This document shows, piece by piece, positions 63,352 to 64,000 of a stretch of DNA of 64,000 bases (positions are counted from its first letter, which is position 1; each line of letters opens with the position of its first letter). A model generated the notes under the pieces. It ran no database searches, was not told where the DNA came from, and was given only the letters and a program-made list of their open reading frames with translations. The position numbers were made by a program, and so were the translations under genes. Source of the stretch: Eledone cirrhosa (taxonomy: Eukaryota); assembly GCA_964016885.1 (NCBI GenBank), contig OZ024760.1, positions 24,800,001-24,864,000 on the forward strand, given 5' to 3'.

Positions 63352-64000
63352 ATCCCTGCATCTCTCCATCTCTCCATTCCTCCATCCCTCCATCTCTTCG
63401 TCCCTCCATTTCTCCGTCCCTCCATCTCTCCGTCCCTCCATCCCTCCATCTTTCCATCTCTCCATCCATCTATCCCTCCATCCCTGCATCTCTCCATTCC
63501 GCCATCTCTCCATCTCTCCATCTCTCCATCCCTCCATCTATTCTTCCTTCGATTCCATCCCTCCCTTCCTCCATTCCTCCGTCATTTCATTTGTCCATCT
63601 GCCTGTCCATCTTTTCATCATTTCATTCTTTCCTTTGCCCATTTGTCCATCTCTTCTTCCATTTGCCCATTTCTCCTTCCATCTAACCATTTGTCCATTT
63701 CTTCTTCCATCTGTCCATTTGCCCATTTCTTCTTCCAATTGACCATTTGTCCATCTCTTCTTCCATCTATACATTTGCCCATTCCTCCGTCCATCTGTCC
63801 ATTTGCCCATATATCCTTCCATCTAACCATTTGCCAAGTTCTTCTTCCATCTCTCCATTTGCCCATTTCTTCTTCCATTTGCCCATTTGCCCATTTCTTC
63901 TTCCATCTCTCCATTTGTCCATTTCTTCTTCCATCTGTCCATTTGCCCATTTCTTCTTCCATTTGCCCATTTGCCCATTTCTTCTTCCATCTCTCCATTT
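63352..64000. repeat. (TCCATCTC)n octamer and TCCATTTGCCCATTTCTTCT-type minisatellite
   Basis: Direct reading. Confidence 0.9.

Overview
Repeat-saturated, AT-rich animal non-coding DNA (intronic or intergenic). It is most likely octopus/coleoid cephalopod, inferred from the SINE families and microsatellite load. No host protein-coding exon can be supported: the ORF track is almost all microsatellite translation. Content: long (TA)n, (CA)n and other micro/minisatellites; two tRNA-headed SINE families; a bipartite RTE-derived non-autonomous element (4 copies); a probable Tx1/L1 3' end; and a 5'-truncated Penelope-like retroelement (PLE) with a decayed GIY-YIG endonuclease. The main hidden signal is about 25 type I hammerhead ribozyme (HHR) cores, intact or decayed, found by eye in more than 10 unrelated short elements. 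Most sit in 130-540 bp fold-back palindromes carrying a one-sided tail with a shared GAGT(A/G/T)CTY motif, and most are embedded in (TA)n. They look like non-autonomous PLE/retrozyme-like elements that target TA microsatellites. All coordinates and folds were read manually and may be off by a few bases.
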